Source: Bacteroidota bacterium
GTDB taxonomy: Bacteria; Bacteroidota; Bacteroidia; Chitinophagales; Chitinophagaceae
DNA length: 64,000 nt
Assembly (NCBI GenBank): GCA_025362055.1
Contig: JANYIM010000183.1
Location: forward strand, 8,972 to 72,971
Direction: 5' to 3'
Each line of letters opens with the position of its first letter. Within the stretch, counting starts at the first letter, position 1. Positions 18,596 through 28,355 of the stretch are shown one piece after another. The position numbers and the translations under genes were made by a program. The notes under the pieces were generated by a model. The model did not search any database. It saw nothing but the letters and a program-made list of their open reading frames with translations, and was not told the origin of the DNA.

Positions 18596-19998
18596 TTATT
18601 TTGCCGATCCGCTGTTTTCACCTTCCTGTATTTCAATGGGGTCTGTTGCAGTACTCTTTAAAAATTGGCCATACCATTTCCCGGAATCCTTTATCACCCT
18701 TTGCTGTGTCGAAAAATCTACGTGCACTAAACCAAATCTTGGATAAAAACCTTCGGCCCATTCAAAATTATCCAGCAGGGTCCATACAAAATAACCATTT
18801 ACTTTTACACCTTCTTTTTTGCAAGTAAGACCTGTGCAATATGGTCATGCAAAAAATTTACCCGCTTGCTGTCATCTACGTTTTCGTTTTCACAACTATC
18901 TTTAAATGCAGCTCCGTTCTCGGTTACAATGATCTGTTTTATCGAACGGTAGCTATTGTATCGTTTTAATGCTTTATAAATAGCCGGCGGATGTATTTCC
19001 CAATCCATCAGTGTATGGGGTACATTTCTTTTGCTGGCCTTAACTATTTTAGCTTTTAAAAATGGCATGAGAGGAGCATGCATTACCAATTCTCTAGTAT
19101 AATTCTGCAGCCCGATGAAATCCATATCAAATACCAGTTTATTTTCATCATAGGGATATATAAAGCGTTCGATACGATCCATCATCTTCAGGTCCTTTGT
19201 TGGATAACCCATACCAAGCAGTGGTTCTATGAACATCCGGTTTAGCAATGCATCGGCTTTCGTTGCTGCCTTTATATCTTTTTCTTCATCGCTTCTATAA
19301 GGCTCTATATGAGAGTAGGAAAAAGTGGTGCCCACTTTGCAATCATTCCTTAAAGACCTGATAATTCTTCCACCTTCTGCCTGGCACATTGCAGCATGAT
19401 GTGCTGCAGCCAAAAAACTGCTCAGCCCTTTTTTACCCGGGGCATGCACTCCTAAAAAATATCCCGCACCTGTGAATACCATTGGTTCATTTAATACCAT
19501 CCAATGTTTTACCCTGTCACCAAAGTTTTTTATACAGCAATCTACATAACGCCCAAACCAATGAATGATCTCCCTGTTGGCCCAACCTCCCTTTTTTTGC
19601 AATGCTTCGGGCAAATCCCAGTGATACAGGGTTATCCATGGTTCAATGCCCAATTCAAGGCAGAGGTCAATGACCCGGTTATAAAACTCAATACCTTTGT
19701 AATTTATAGTGCCAACGCCCTGTGGGAATATACGGCTCCATGAAATGGAAAACCGGTAGTTAGGAATATTCAGTTTATAAATCAGAAAAATATCATCAGC
19801 ATAATTGTAGTAAAAGTCGCAGGCAATATTTCCGTTATCATTATTAGATATTTTTTTCTTTTTTTGAGAGAAGGTATCCCAGATCGATGGGCCTTTTCCA
19901 TCTGCATCATGAGCACCTTCTATCTGGTAGGCGGCAGTGGAAATACCCCATTTAAAGTCATCCCCAAAATCATTTTTACTATAAAGCATATCGATCAT
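18596..19998 (-). CDS. GH1 beta-glucosidase with a single-base frameshift at ~18815-18820
   Basis: FKWGISTAAYQIEGA, YRFSISWSRI, TLYHWDLP, NEP and TENG motifs. The missing C-terminus (GYFVWTLLDNFEWAEG..RFGLVHVDF..KDSGKWY) continues in the -1 frame to TAA at 18598-18596. Confidence 0.9.
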
Positions 19999-21083
19999 TC
20001 AGCCAATTTATTTAATATTTTCCCTAGGCTTTTATCTTTTAAATTTTTTACAGAATGGACGGCCTTACCTAATCCGGCTTTCTTTTTACTCACACCATTT
20101 CCATGATTCTTAATGATCATATCAATTATCTTTTCTGTGTTATTTGGAAAGTTCACAGGAATAAACTGCTTGTCTGCTACCCAGGTTTTTATCTTATCGA
20201 GGTGTTTCCTTTTTAAACTTTTTATGACCGGCACACCCATTGTCTTTAATGCAGCCGCGTTACATTGCTGCTCGTACTGCCCTTTCATGGGGATGGCCAT
20301 CAGTTTCTTTTTTAAATACAATGCTTCGGCCGGTGTTTCAAAACCGGTACCACATAAAATGCCGGTGCAATTGATAAGACTTTCAATAAAGTGATCGTTA
20401 CTGATGGGCTTTATGTGAATATTCCTTTCTTTGTATTCTTTTTTTGAATGCTTGCTGAATACCTGCCAATTGATATTTTTTATCTCTCCCAATACTTTTA
20501 TAATTCTCTCATCGCTGTAAGCCGGCAGGTAAACAGTATAATGGCCATTATCCAATGGCTTTGCATTACGTACCTGGCTTCTTATTACAGGGGTAAAGAT
20601 ATTTTTATCATAAGTGCCAAAATGAAATCCATAAGATATAGTAACCGGTGCATAATACCGTAACACTGCTTTGCCAACCAGGTCGTTCTTTTTGGGTTTG
20701 GGTGATCTTTTATTGATCACTGCTGCCTGGTGACTTAAATCGATACATTCTTTATGTTTCCTTTTACAAGCCCAGGTACTCACGGGTTCAAAATCACTGA
20801 TCACCAGGTCGTATGCTTCAATAGGAAAATCCTTTATCTCTTTAAAGAGTTGTTTTAAATTGCTTTTTTTATAGGTAGCGATCAGGTCAATACCCCCATT
20901 TTTCCCAAAAATAAAACTGAGGCCTTTGAATTTATATTTTACAGGATGGGGCAATTCCACATCAGCCTGTATACCGCTTACTAAAATATCGAGTTCACCT
21001 TTTTTTTGAAGGATAGGAATAATATCCCTTGCCCTGCTTAAATGCCCGTTGCCGGTGCCTTGTATGGCGTATAGTATTTTCAT
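19995..21083 (-). CDS. Glycosyltransferase, GT-B fold (MJ1255/VC2487-like), paralog 2
   Basis: MKILYAIQGTGNGHLSRA, ISDFEP, GFETPAEAL, PMKGQYEQQCNA; overlaps both neighbouring genes (TAATG and ATGA). Confidence 0.9.
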   Translation of the reverse strand: MKILYAIQGTGNGHLSRARDIIPILQKKGELDILVSGIQADVELPHPVKYKFKGLSFIFGKNGGIDLIATYKKSNLKQLFKEIKDFPIEAYDLVISDFEPVSTWACKRKHKECIDLSHQAAVINKRSPKPKKNDLVGKAVLRYYAPVTISYGFHFGTYDKNIFTPVIRSQVRNAKPLDNGHYTVYLPAYSDERIIKVLGEIKNINWQVFSKHSKKEYKERNIHIKPISNDHFIESLINCTGILCGTGFETPAEALYLKKKLMAIPMKGQYEQQCNAAALKTMGVPVIKSLKRKHLDKIKTWVADKQFIPVNFPNNTEKIIDMIIKNHGNGVSKKKAGLGKAVHSVKNLKDKSLGKILNKLAE

Positions 21084-21940
21084 TATTGTTTTAATAAGTT
21101 GAATTCGTCCACAAGATTATCAAACAGCTGATTATTGTTCAACTCTTCTTCCCCCGGTTCGTTTACGATCATGTTAAGCATTTCAGTATCATCAAAGTGA
21201 TACACCTTCCATTCATTTCCTGCATATTCCAGGGCAGTTAAATTTTCGATCCAGTCGCCGCTGTTGAGGTATATTATTTTGCCATGTTGATTTTGGATCT
21301 CTCTTATTTCCGGCTGATGAATATGACCACAAATAACATAATCGTAATGATTGCTGATACCTATATCTGCTGCCGTTTGTTCAAAATTATTTATGAATTT
21401 TACAGCGCCCTTTACACTGTTCTTTATTTTTTTTGATAAAGAGAGTTTTCCTTTCTTGAATATTTTTTCGGAAATAAAATTTGCAATACGGTTTATATGT
21501 ATCAGCGTATCATATCCAACAGCGCCCAGTTTAGCCAGCCACTTACCATGTTGCATCGTTACGTCAAACACATCGCCATGGAAGAACCAGGCAGTCTTGC
21601 CATTGTCCAGTTTCAGTATCACTTTGTTGACGATCTGGAATGATCCCATTTTAAAACCAACGAATTTCCTCAGCATTTCATCGTGGTTACCGGTAACATA
21701 ATAAATTTTAACGCCTTTACTAACCCAGTGCATAATATGCTTTACCACTTTCATGTGCGATTTTGGCCAGTAGCGCTTGCTGAACTGCCAGATGTCAATG
21801 ATATCGCCGTTTAATATTACAGTTTTGGGTTTCACAGACTTAAGGTAATGAAGCAGTTCTTTAGCATGGCATCCATAAGTACCAAGGTGTACATCAGACA
21901 GTACCAATATATCCAGCTTCCTCTTTTTTATTTTATCCAC
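21083..21940 (-). CDS. LpxH-family metallophosphoesterase, PlcP-like (phospholipase C of lipid remodelling)
   Basis: SDVHLG, GDIIDIW, GNHD, HGDVFD, CGHIH, NSGDWIE motifs; GTG start. Confidence 0.85.
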   Translation of the reverse strand: MDKIKKRKLDILVLSDVHLGTYGCHAKELLHYLKSVKPKTVILNGDIIDIWQFSKRYWPKSHMKVVKHIMHWVSKGVKIYYVTGNHDEMLRKFVGFKMGSFQIVNKVILKLDNGKTAWFFHGDVFDVTMQHGKWLAKLGAVGYDTLIHINRIANFISEKIFKKGKLSLSKKIKNSVKGAVKFINNFEQTAADIGISNHYDYVICGHIHQPEIREIQNQHGKIIYLNSGDWIENLTALEYAGNEWKVYHFDDTEMLNMIVNEPGEEELNNNQLFDNLVDEFNLLKQ

Positions 21941-22041
21941 TATTGGATCTTATAAAATTTCAGGGGCGTATAAAATGCTGAGAGCATTGGGAGGAAGATC
22001 CTGACAGAAAATTCCAGGAAAAAGAATTTGATATTTTTCAT
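21940..22041 (-). CDS. Unannotated 33-aa small protein or leader peptide (MKNIKFFFLEFSVRIFLPMLSAFYTPLKFYKIQ)
   Basis: ATG at 22041. Its TAG shares one base with the GTG of the next gene (TAGTG). It starts ~20 nt after the predicted transcription start. Confidence 0.5.
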   Translation of the reverse strand: MKNIKFFFLEFSVRIFLPMLSAFYTPLKFYKIQ

Positions 22042-22067
22042 AAAATGATGTTGGGTTAGTACAAAAG

Positions 22068-22123
22068 CAAAATGACATCATCGATATAAACAAATCATTA
22101 CGCCAATGTTACGGGACTGTTAA
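22068..22123 (-). promoter_or_regulatory. Putative Pho box array and -7 element for the phosphoesterase operon
   Basis: Plus-strand TGTTA 22118, TGTTA 22107, CATTA 22096 (TAACA, TAACA, TAATG on the minus strand); TCATTTTG at 22075-22068. Confidence 0.68.
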
Positions 22124-22170
22124 CTGTGGATATCATCTGTATAAACCCGGTGTTATCAACATGCAATGAA

Positions 22171-22270
22171 CAAAGTTAAATTGCAGCAAATCCATACTCA
22201 ATAAGGGTTACAACAGTTGTGTTAATTTAAAGTTACCTAATAGTTACCTGATGGTTACTTAAGCGTTATC
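22171..22270 (-). promoter_or_regulatory. Five-repeat putative Pho box array, orientation ambiguous
   Basis: GTTA at 22221, 22232, 22243, 22254, 22265; perfect minus-strand -7 element TAACTTTG at 22178-22171. Confidence 0.65.
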
Positions 22271-22347
22271 AAATCAACAACACTTACCAGCAATTATCCT
22301 TTATAAAAAAAAACTACAAGATTTGCATCTTCATAAATCTACCAAAC

Positions 22348-25125
22348 ATGACTGTTTTAATTACTCATTGCATCAGGCGATCTTTATTAGTATTTGCCCT
22401 TTTATTTTCAGTACTGACTTCATTTTCACAAACTATTAAAGGAAAGGTAACCGACAGTAAAACCGGTGAACCTTTGGTAGGGGCAACCGTAAAATTAGAA
22501 GGCACTCCCTACACTACACTTGTAAGACTGGATGGTAGTTTTAGTTTCACCAGAATACCGGCAGGCACTTATAAAGTGAACATTACTTTCCAGGGTTATA
22601 AAAACACTTCCAATGAAACCTCCGTTACCATAACAGGAAATGAGAACAAGGTCGCCAATTTTACACTGGAGCCTTCGGCGACCCAACTAGAGTCTGTTAC
22701 CATCACTTCAGGCGCTGCAACAGATAAAGATGTAAATGCAAGGAGGCTTGAAAAAATTGCTGACCCGGTGTTGAATGTATTGTCTGCAAGAACCCTGCAA
22801 CTACTACCCGACATTACTGTTGCAAATGCACTACAAAGGGTTAGTGGTGTAACCATAGAAAAAAGCAGCTCTGGAGAAGCGCGCTACCCTATCATCCGTG
22901 GTATGGAAAAAAGATATATCAACACTTTGGTCAATGGTATTAAGATACCAAGTCCCGATAATAAAAACCGTTTTATACCGCTCGACCTGTTTCCTTCTGA
23001 ATTGCTTGAAAGGCTGGAGGTAAGTAAAAGCCTCACGCCATCCATGGAAGGAGACGCTATCGGTGGCACCATTAACCTTGTAATGAAAGATGCACCCCGG
23101 GATAAATTACTACAGGCAAATTTTGCGATCGGGTACAATAATATTTTCGGGCAGCAAGCATACCAGAAATTTGATAAGAGTAGCATGAATAAGCAATCAC
23201 CCGCAGAGGTCAATGGCAGTACTTATGTTGCCACGCCAAAAGATTTTTCAGTTGCTCATCTTAATTATACTGAAAGAAAATCACCCATTAACACAACTTT
23301 TGGTTTAACTTTTGGTGATCGTTTTGGAAAGGATAAAAAATGGGGATTTATTGTCTCCGGTAGCTATCAAAATATCTTTCGGGGTACTACATCCAACTTT
23401 TTCCTGCCTAATCCGCAACCAGGTTTGAATAATATTCCTTTATTTTCGGACCTCCAGCTACGCAATTACTCTGTACAAAGCCAGCGCATTGGATTGAATG
23501 GTAAGCTCGACTACCAGTTAAACAAGAACAACAAAATTTCTTTCATTAGTACGTTTGTGCGGTTAAATGATTATCAAACACGTATCGTATATGATACCGT
23601 GGCTTTAAATTCACTTGTTGATAACTGGCAAAGGAGCACCTGGCAATACCAGTCAATTTACAATAACACTTTACAAGGTATTCATAAACTTACTCCCTCT
23701 TTAAAAATCGATTGGAGTTTAGTGTATTCCATTGCAAACAACCATGTACCCGATCAATCGCAATTTATTCATGAATATCCGATCGTAGCTACCAACCTTA
23801 CTGCAGATAAGCTTCAGAAAATGTCCCGCATCTGGCTACACAACAGTGATAAGGATTTCTCGGTTTATGGGAACATCACAAAAAATTTCAAACTTTTACA
23901 TAAAGGAATGGAGTTGAAGTTTGGCGGTTTATTAAGGAACAAGACCAGGGATAATTTTTACAATTCCTATAGTTTAGATCCGCAGTTAGGCGCATTGTAT
24001 ACGAACATCAATAATGCAGCATTCATTTTCAATCCAACCAGTTCTGGTACGCCAAGCCTGAATGGTAATAATTATACTTTTAAAGAAAACATATCTGCCG
24101 GTTATATTCAGGGCAAATGGCAATTGACCAATAAATTAGAAGCCCTGGGGGGTGTAAGAATTGAATATACTCACCAGGATTATGAAACCCAATTGAGTAA
24201 GGACGTAGATGCAAAATCCGGCACCATCACCTACACTGATGTGTTACCAAGTATACAATTCAAGTATGCCCTAAAGAAAAATCAAAACATAAGATTAGTT
24301 TATTACAAAGCGCTGGCAAGACCGGGTTTTTCTGAATTAATTCCTGACGGGACAGATGGTGAATTTTTTAAAGAAATAGGAGACCCTGTAAATCTTAATC
24401 ATTCGCTTGCAGATAATTTAGATCTGCGCTATGAGTTATTCCCTTCCGGCGCAGACCAGTTGTTATTAGGCATATTTTATAAGAAAATACAAGACCCTAT
24501 CGAGATCTCAGCCGTAAAGCCTTTGAACATCAATAACCTGTATTTGCAACCGGTGAACATTGGTAAGGCGACCAATTACGGTTTTGAAGCTGTTTATACA
24601 AAATATTTTGGCGTGTTCGGTATCTCGGCAAACTATACTTATACAAAATCCAGTATCACAAATGATAGCATGATCTATTCTTACAGAAACACTTCCGGAG
24701 CGATCGTTTCGAAAAGAGTATCAGAAACACGTCCATTACAGGGACAATCCAATCATATCGGCAACCTGTCACTAATATACAAGAATCCTAAAATTGGTTT
24801 AGATATTCAAACGGCCTTGGTCTATACCGGTGAAAGAGTATCCTTTATCAGCCCATACCTGGGGTTAAATTATTGGCAGGCACCTACTACACAGCTGGAT
24901 CTTTCTTTTGAAAAAAGGATTGTAAAGAAGTTCACGGTTTATGGTAAAGTAAACAATATTACCAATGCCCCTTTCGAGATATCGTTACATCAATCTTACA
25001 ATGTTTATTTAGCCTCCAGCGGTTCAAGGGCACTGGCATTGCAATCTGATCCGGATAACAAGATCATCATTCAAAAAGACTATTACAAAACTTCTTACTT
25101 ATTTGGGCTACGTTATAAATTTTAA
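22348..25125 (+). CDS. TonB-dependent receptor
   Basis: Signal peptide; GKVTDSKTGEPLVGATV; plug LQRVSGV..IIRG..PLDLFPSELLERLEVSK..GGTINLV; C-terminal GLRYKF. Confidence 0.92.
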   Translation: MTVLITHCIRRSLLVFALLFSVLTSFSQTIKGKVTDSKTGEPLVGATVKLEGTPYTTLVRLDGSFSFTRIPAGTYKVNITFQGYKNTSNETSVTITGNENKVANFTLEPSATQLESVTITSGAATDKDVNARRLEKIADPVLNVLSARTLQLLPDITVANALQRVSGVTIEKSSSGEARYPIIRGMEKRYINTLVNGIKIPSPDNKNRFIPLDLFPSELLERLEVSKSLTPSMEGDAIGGTINLVMKDAPRDKLLQANFAIGYNNIFGQQAYQKFDKSSMNKQSPAEVNGSTYVATPKDFSVAHLNYTERKSPINTTFGLTFGDRFGKDKKWGFIVSGSYQNIFRGTTSNFFLPNPQPGLNNIPLFSDLQLRNYSVQSQRIGLNGKLDYQLNKNNKISFISTFVRLNDYQTRIVYDTVALNSLVDNWQRSTWQYQSIYNNTLQGIHKLTPSLKIDWSLVYSIANNHVPDQSQFIHEYPIVATNLTADKLQKMSRIWLHNSDKDFSVYGNITKNFKLLHKGMELKFGGLLRNKTRDNFYNSYSLDPQLGALYTNINNAAFIFNPTSSGTPSLNGNNYTFKENISAGYIQGKWQLTNKLEALGGVRIEYTHQDYETQLSKDVDAKSGTITYTDVLPSIQFKYALKKNQNIRLVYYKALARPGFSELIPDGTDGEFFKEIGDPVNLNHSLADNLDLRYELFPSGADQLLLGIFYKKIQDPIEISAVKPLNINNLYLQPVNIGKATNYGFEAVYTKYFGVFGISANYTYTKSSITNDSMIYSYRNTSGAIVSKRVSETRPLQGQSNHIGNLSLIYKNPKIGLDIQTALVYTGERVSFISPYLGLNYWQAPTTQLDLSFEKRIVKKFTVYGKVNNITNAPFEISLHQSYNVYLASSGSRALALQSDPDNKIIIQKDYYKTSYLFGLRYKF

Positions 25126-25146
25126 TTATCCTGTTAATTTAATAAT

Positions 25147-26559
25147 ATGAAAAAGAATACCTTACTCCTTAGCATCATTTCAACGATTCTCCTGTTTACT
25201 TCCTGCAAAAAACAGGCAGATAACAAAGATCTGTGGAAGGCGGTAGTGACCCCTGCATCTCCTATTAGCGATGCCACCTGTTTAAAAGGTACGATCAAAG
25301 GCACTATGCTTACCGGCAAAACATACACGGTATGCGGTGATATCTTTGTAAATGATGGTGATACCCTTGTCATCCAGGAAGGGGTTACCCTGAATTTTGG
25401 TTTGGACGCAGTCACCAATGCCCCGGTTGGCTTAGGTGTTAAGGGTACATTATTATGTTTAGGTTCAAAAGATAAGCCTGTGGTGATCACTTATCCCGGG
25501 GTTACAAAAACAGACCAGCTTGGCGCAAATCCTAATACCGATCCTGCATTACAAGGAAGGTGGACAGGTATCATCGGCGCTCCTAATTGTCCGCTGATGG
25601 TCATTAAATGGACACATATTGAATTTGGCGGCGCTACGATCAGCTTATCCATGAAAAATTTTACCAGTGGTTCCAGTCCATATCCTTTGTATTTCGCAAA
25701 TCCTGCCGGTGTTTTTGTATTGGAAGATTCCTGGGTATATGGCAGTGTAGATGACCCGTTCCGTATCAATGGTGGCAAGATCTCTGTAATGAGAAATACT
25801 TTTGAAAAATGCGGCTACACAGGTGGTGAGGCAATGAATGCAAAAGCAGGCACCATCGGTGATTTTGCTTATAATCTTTGTATTGGGATGGCTACTAACG
25901 GGCCTAAGCTATCAAATATAAATGTTGGCGTTGGTGTACCGGGTTCAAATGTAAGAATGTATAACAATACCATTGTTAACTGTGGTTATCGCAGGTCTGC
26001 GGCGGGCCGTGGGGGCTCTATCAATTTTGAACAAGGTGCCGGTGGTATGGCTTATAATAATTTAATTGTGAATTGTAAATTTGGATTACGTGTAGTTCAA
26101 AATCCAATAGCGGATACTGCTAACCTGCGGTATGGGTACAATTGGTATTATGCCGATTCTGTTGCAGTGGCAAGCCAGTTCATTCCTTCCCTTTCAGTTA
26201 GTACAGCTATCAGTCAGCCACAGGAAACGGATATTCCAAAACCTTCCACTTATTTACCAACAGGTTGGACGGTTGGTAGTGTATACACTGCACCTGCTTA
26301 CGTTATTGGTATTAATAATCCACAGTTCATAAATGCCCCGCTACCATTACCTGCAGGGTTAAAACTTGCAGACATAGTTGTAGTAGGTAGTTTTAATTTT
26401 GCTTTAAAACCTTCGTCACCTTGTATTGGTGCAGGATTCACGGGTTTTACTCCTCGTGCAGACGTACCCGTTGATCTGAAATACGGCGCCACAGAAATAA
26501 CAGCACCGGGTAAAGATATTGGCGCTTACCAGAGTAATGGCAGGGGAAATCAACATTAA
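25147..26559 (+). CDS. Surface lipoprotein with a predicted right-handed beta-helix; probable partner of the upstream receptor
   Basis: Lipobox FTSC; TLVIQEGVTLNF, G-x-W-x-G-I, YNNTIVN / YNNLIVN repeats, SPCIGAG..DIGAYQ tail; 21 bp after the receptor gene. Confidence 0.75.
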   Translation: MKKNTLLLSIISTILLFTSCKKQADNKDLWKAVVTPASPISDATCLKGTIKGTMLTGKTYTVCGDIFVNDGDTLVIQEGVTLNFGLDAVTNAPVGLGVKGTLLCLGSKDKPVVITYPGVTKTDQLGANPNTDPALQGRWTGIIGAPNCPLMVIKWTHIEFGGATISLSMKNFTSGSSPYPLYFANPAGVFVLEDSWVYGSVDDPFRINGGKISVMRNTFEKCGYTGGEAMNAKAGTIGDFAYNLCIGMATNGPKLSNINVGVGVPGSNVRMYNNTIVNCGYRRSAAGRGGSINFEQGAGGMAYNNLIVNCKFGLRVVQNPIADTANLRYGYNWYYADSVAVASQFIPSLSVSTAISQPQETDIPKPSTYLPTGWTVGSVYTAPAYVIGINNPQFINAPLPLPAGLKLADIVVVGSFNFALKPSSPCIGAGFTGFTPRADVPVDLKYGATEITAPGKDIGAYQSNGRGNQH

Positions 26560-26619
26560 AAGTATATTCGTATTTAAAGCGTATCGTTCAAAACCCTTTT
26601 GACTTAAATAAATAATTGT

Positions 26620-27168
26620 ATGAAATTTTTGGGTATCACTTTTCTTTGCCTGTTCTTTTTTACCAATATCACCTACTCCCAAACTACAAAAAATCCGCTG
26701 AAAGTAGTTATTATAAGGCATGGTGAAAAACCAAAGATCGGTGACAATCTCAATTGCCAGGGACTTAACAGGTCACAATTAATCCCGGCAATGATCGTTT
26801 CAAAATTTGGAGTACCTACATTCAGCTATATCCCTTCCATAGGTGCAGATTCATCTACAAAACATGCCAGGATGTTTCAAACCATTACGCCACTAGCGGT
26901 AAAGTATGGCCTTACCATCAATAGTAAATTTGTTGGTAAAGATTCAACGGGCCTTGTTACAGATATTCTAAAAAAGAACGGGATAGTATTGGTAGTATGG
27001 GATCATAAAAGCATTGTCCCCATCATACACGCATTTGGTATAAACGATCCGCTATTGAAATGGGCTGATGATGATTTTGATAGTATTTGGATAATAACTT
27101 TCAATAATGGAATGGCCCTGCTCACAAAAGATAAGGAAAACCTGAAGCCAGCAGTTGATTGTAATTAA
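26620..27168 (+). CDS. Exported histidine phosphatase superfamily protein
   Basis: Signal peptide; IIRHGEKP (RHG motif); R-x-x-QT; VWDH. Confidence 0.8.
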   Translation: MKFLGITFLCLFFFTNITYSQTTKNPLKVVIIRHGEKPKIGDNLNCQGLNRSQLIPAMIVSKFGVPTFSYIPSIGADSSTKHARMFQTITPLAVKYGLTINSKFVGKDSTGLVTDILKKNGIVLVVWDHKSIVPIIHAFGINDPLLKWADDDFDSIWIITFNNGMALLTKDKENLKPAVDCN

Positions 27169-27173
27169 TAAAC

Positions 27174-28223
27174 TTAATCTTTCCTGCTCTGCAGCGTGAA
27201 TCCAAAGGTACTCCCCACATCTATCTTACTCCTTACATGGATCGTTTGTCCGTGCGCTTCAATAATATGTTTGCAGATAGATAAGCCTAAGCCACTGCCG
27301 CCCACTTTCCGGCTGCGTGCCAGGTCGGTTCTGTAAAAGCGTTCGAATATGCGGTGCAAATGTTCTTCAGCGATCCCGGCGCCATCATCGCTTATTTCAA
27401 TCAATATCCTTGCACCATCCACTTTATAGAAACTTGATTCAATGGTGCCATTTTGTTTTCCGTATTTAATGGCATTGTCCACGAGGTTGATCAATACCTG
27501 CCGTATCTTTTCCTTATCAGCAAAAACGGTCAGGGGCAATTCACATCCTTTTTTGATGATACATTTGATCTCTTTTTCATCAGCCTTGATGGATAAAGAA
27601 TCGTACACTTCTTTCAACAGGTCTTGTATCACGAAGCCGTCTTTCAGCAACAACTGTTCGCCCATCTCCAGCCGGGTGATCTCATCCAGGTCATCCACGA
27701 GGTTCACCAAACGGTCAACATTACGCGAAGCGCTTTGCAGAAATTTTTTATTCACCTCTGCTTTATCCAAAGCACCATTAAGCAAGGTATCTACATAACC
27801 CTGTATGGCAAAGATGGGTGTCTTCAGTTCATGACTCAGGTTCTGCAGGAATTCTTTCCGGTAAGCTTCATTTTGCTGCAACATTTCAATCTCTGCTTTT
27901 CGTTGTTCAGCCCAATTTTCCACATCTTCCCTTACCTCATCAATGCTTTTTTGCGGTAAGATATTCTTATAATAGAATTCCTCCCTTTTACTGGCCTTGG
28001 TTTGATAAATGAATTTATAAATGAGTTTTATTTTCCGGTAGATGAAAGTTTGCAAAGTGTACAAGATCAAACCATAACTACCCAGGTAAGTGATCACAAA
28101 AGACAACAACGCGATCCACCATACCGGTTTAATAAAATAAATACCCAATGCGATCGGTATGGATACAGCCAATGCCGTTAGTGCGGATAATTGCTGTGGC
28201 GAAAGATTTTTTGAAGAAGGCAT
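27174..28223 (-). CDS. phoR: Sensor histidine kinase, PhoR-like
   Basis: Two N-terminal TM helices; SHELKTP H-box, NLVDNAIKY, DDGAGI, IFERFYR, GGSGLGL; phosphate-gene context. Confidence 0.8.
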   Translation of the reverse strand: MPSSKNLSPQQLSALTALAVSIPIALGIYFIKPVWWIALLSFVITYLGSYGLILYTLQTFIYRKIKLIYKFIYQTKASKREEFYYKNILPQKSIDEVREDVENWAEQRKAEIEMLQQNEAYRKEFLQNLSHELKTPIFAIQGYVDTLLNGALDKAEVNKKFLQSASRNVDRLVNLVDDLDEITRLEMGEQLLLKDGFVIQDLLKEVYDSLSIKADEKEIKCIIKKGCELPLTVFADKEKIRQVLINLVDNAIKYGKQNGTIESSFYKVDGARILIEISDDGAGIAEEHLHRIFERFYRTDLARSRKVGGSGLGLSICKHIIEAHGQTIHVRSKIDVGSTFGFTLQSRKD

Positions 28224-28355
28224 TTTTTATTGCTGGTTGATAGTCCCTGGAGAAATCAATGCGAAAGTAAATAACTATTAGGTTCATGTGCGTGCCAATT
28301 TCTCCCCTTAGGGAACGTACCCTTTTAGGGATGGCGGCAAGGGCAAAAACCTGGG

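Noticed and set aside
21083-21940. Calling this gene lpxH of lipid A synthesis
   Set aside because: The GNHD / GDIIDxW / GDW-x-E pattern and the GT plus phosphate context fit the PlcP-like branch better; no symbol assigned.
28300-28345. CCCCTTAGGG-type elements (similar at ~49490, ~54240, ~61540)
   Set aside because: They look like degenerate copies of common intergenic repeats, with no specific function supportable.
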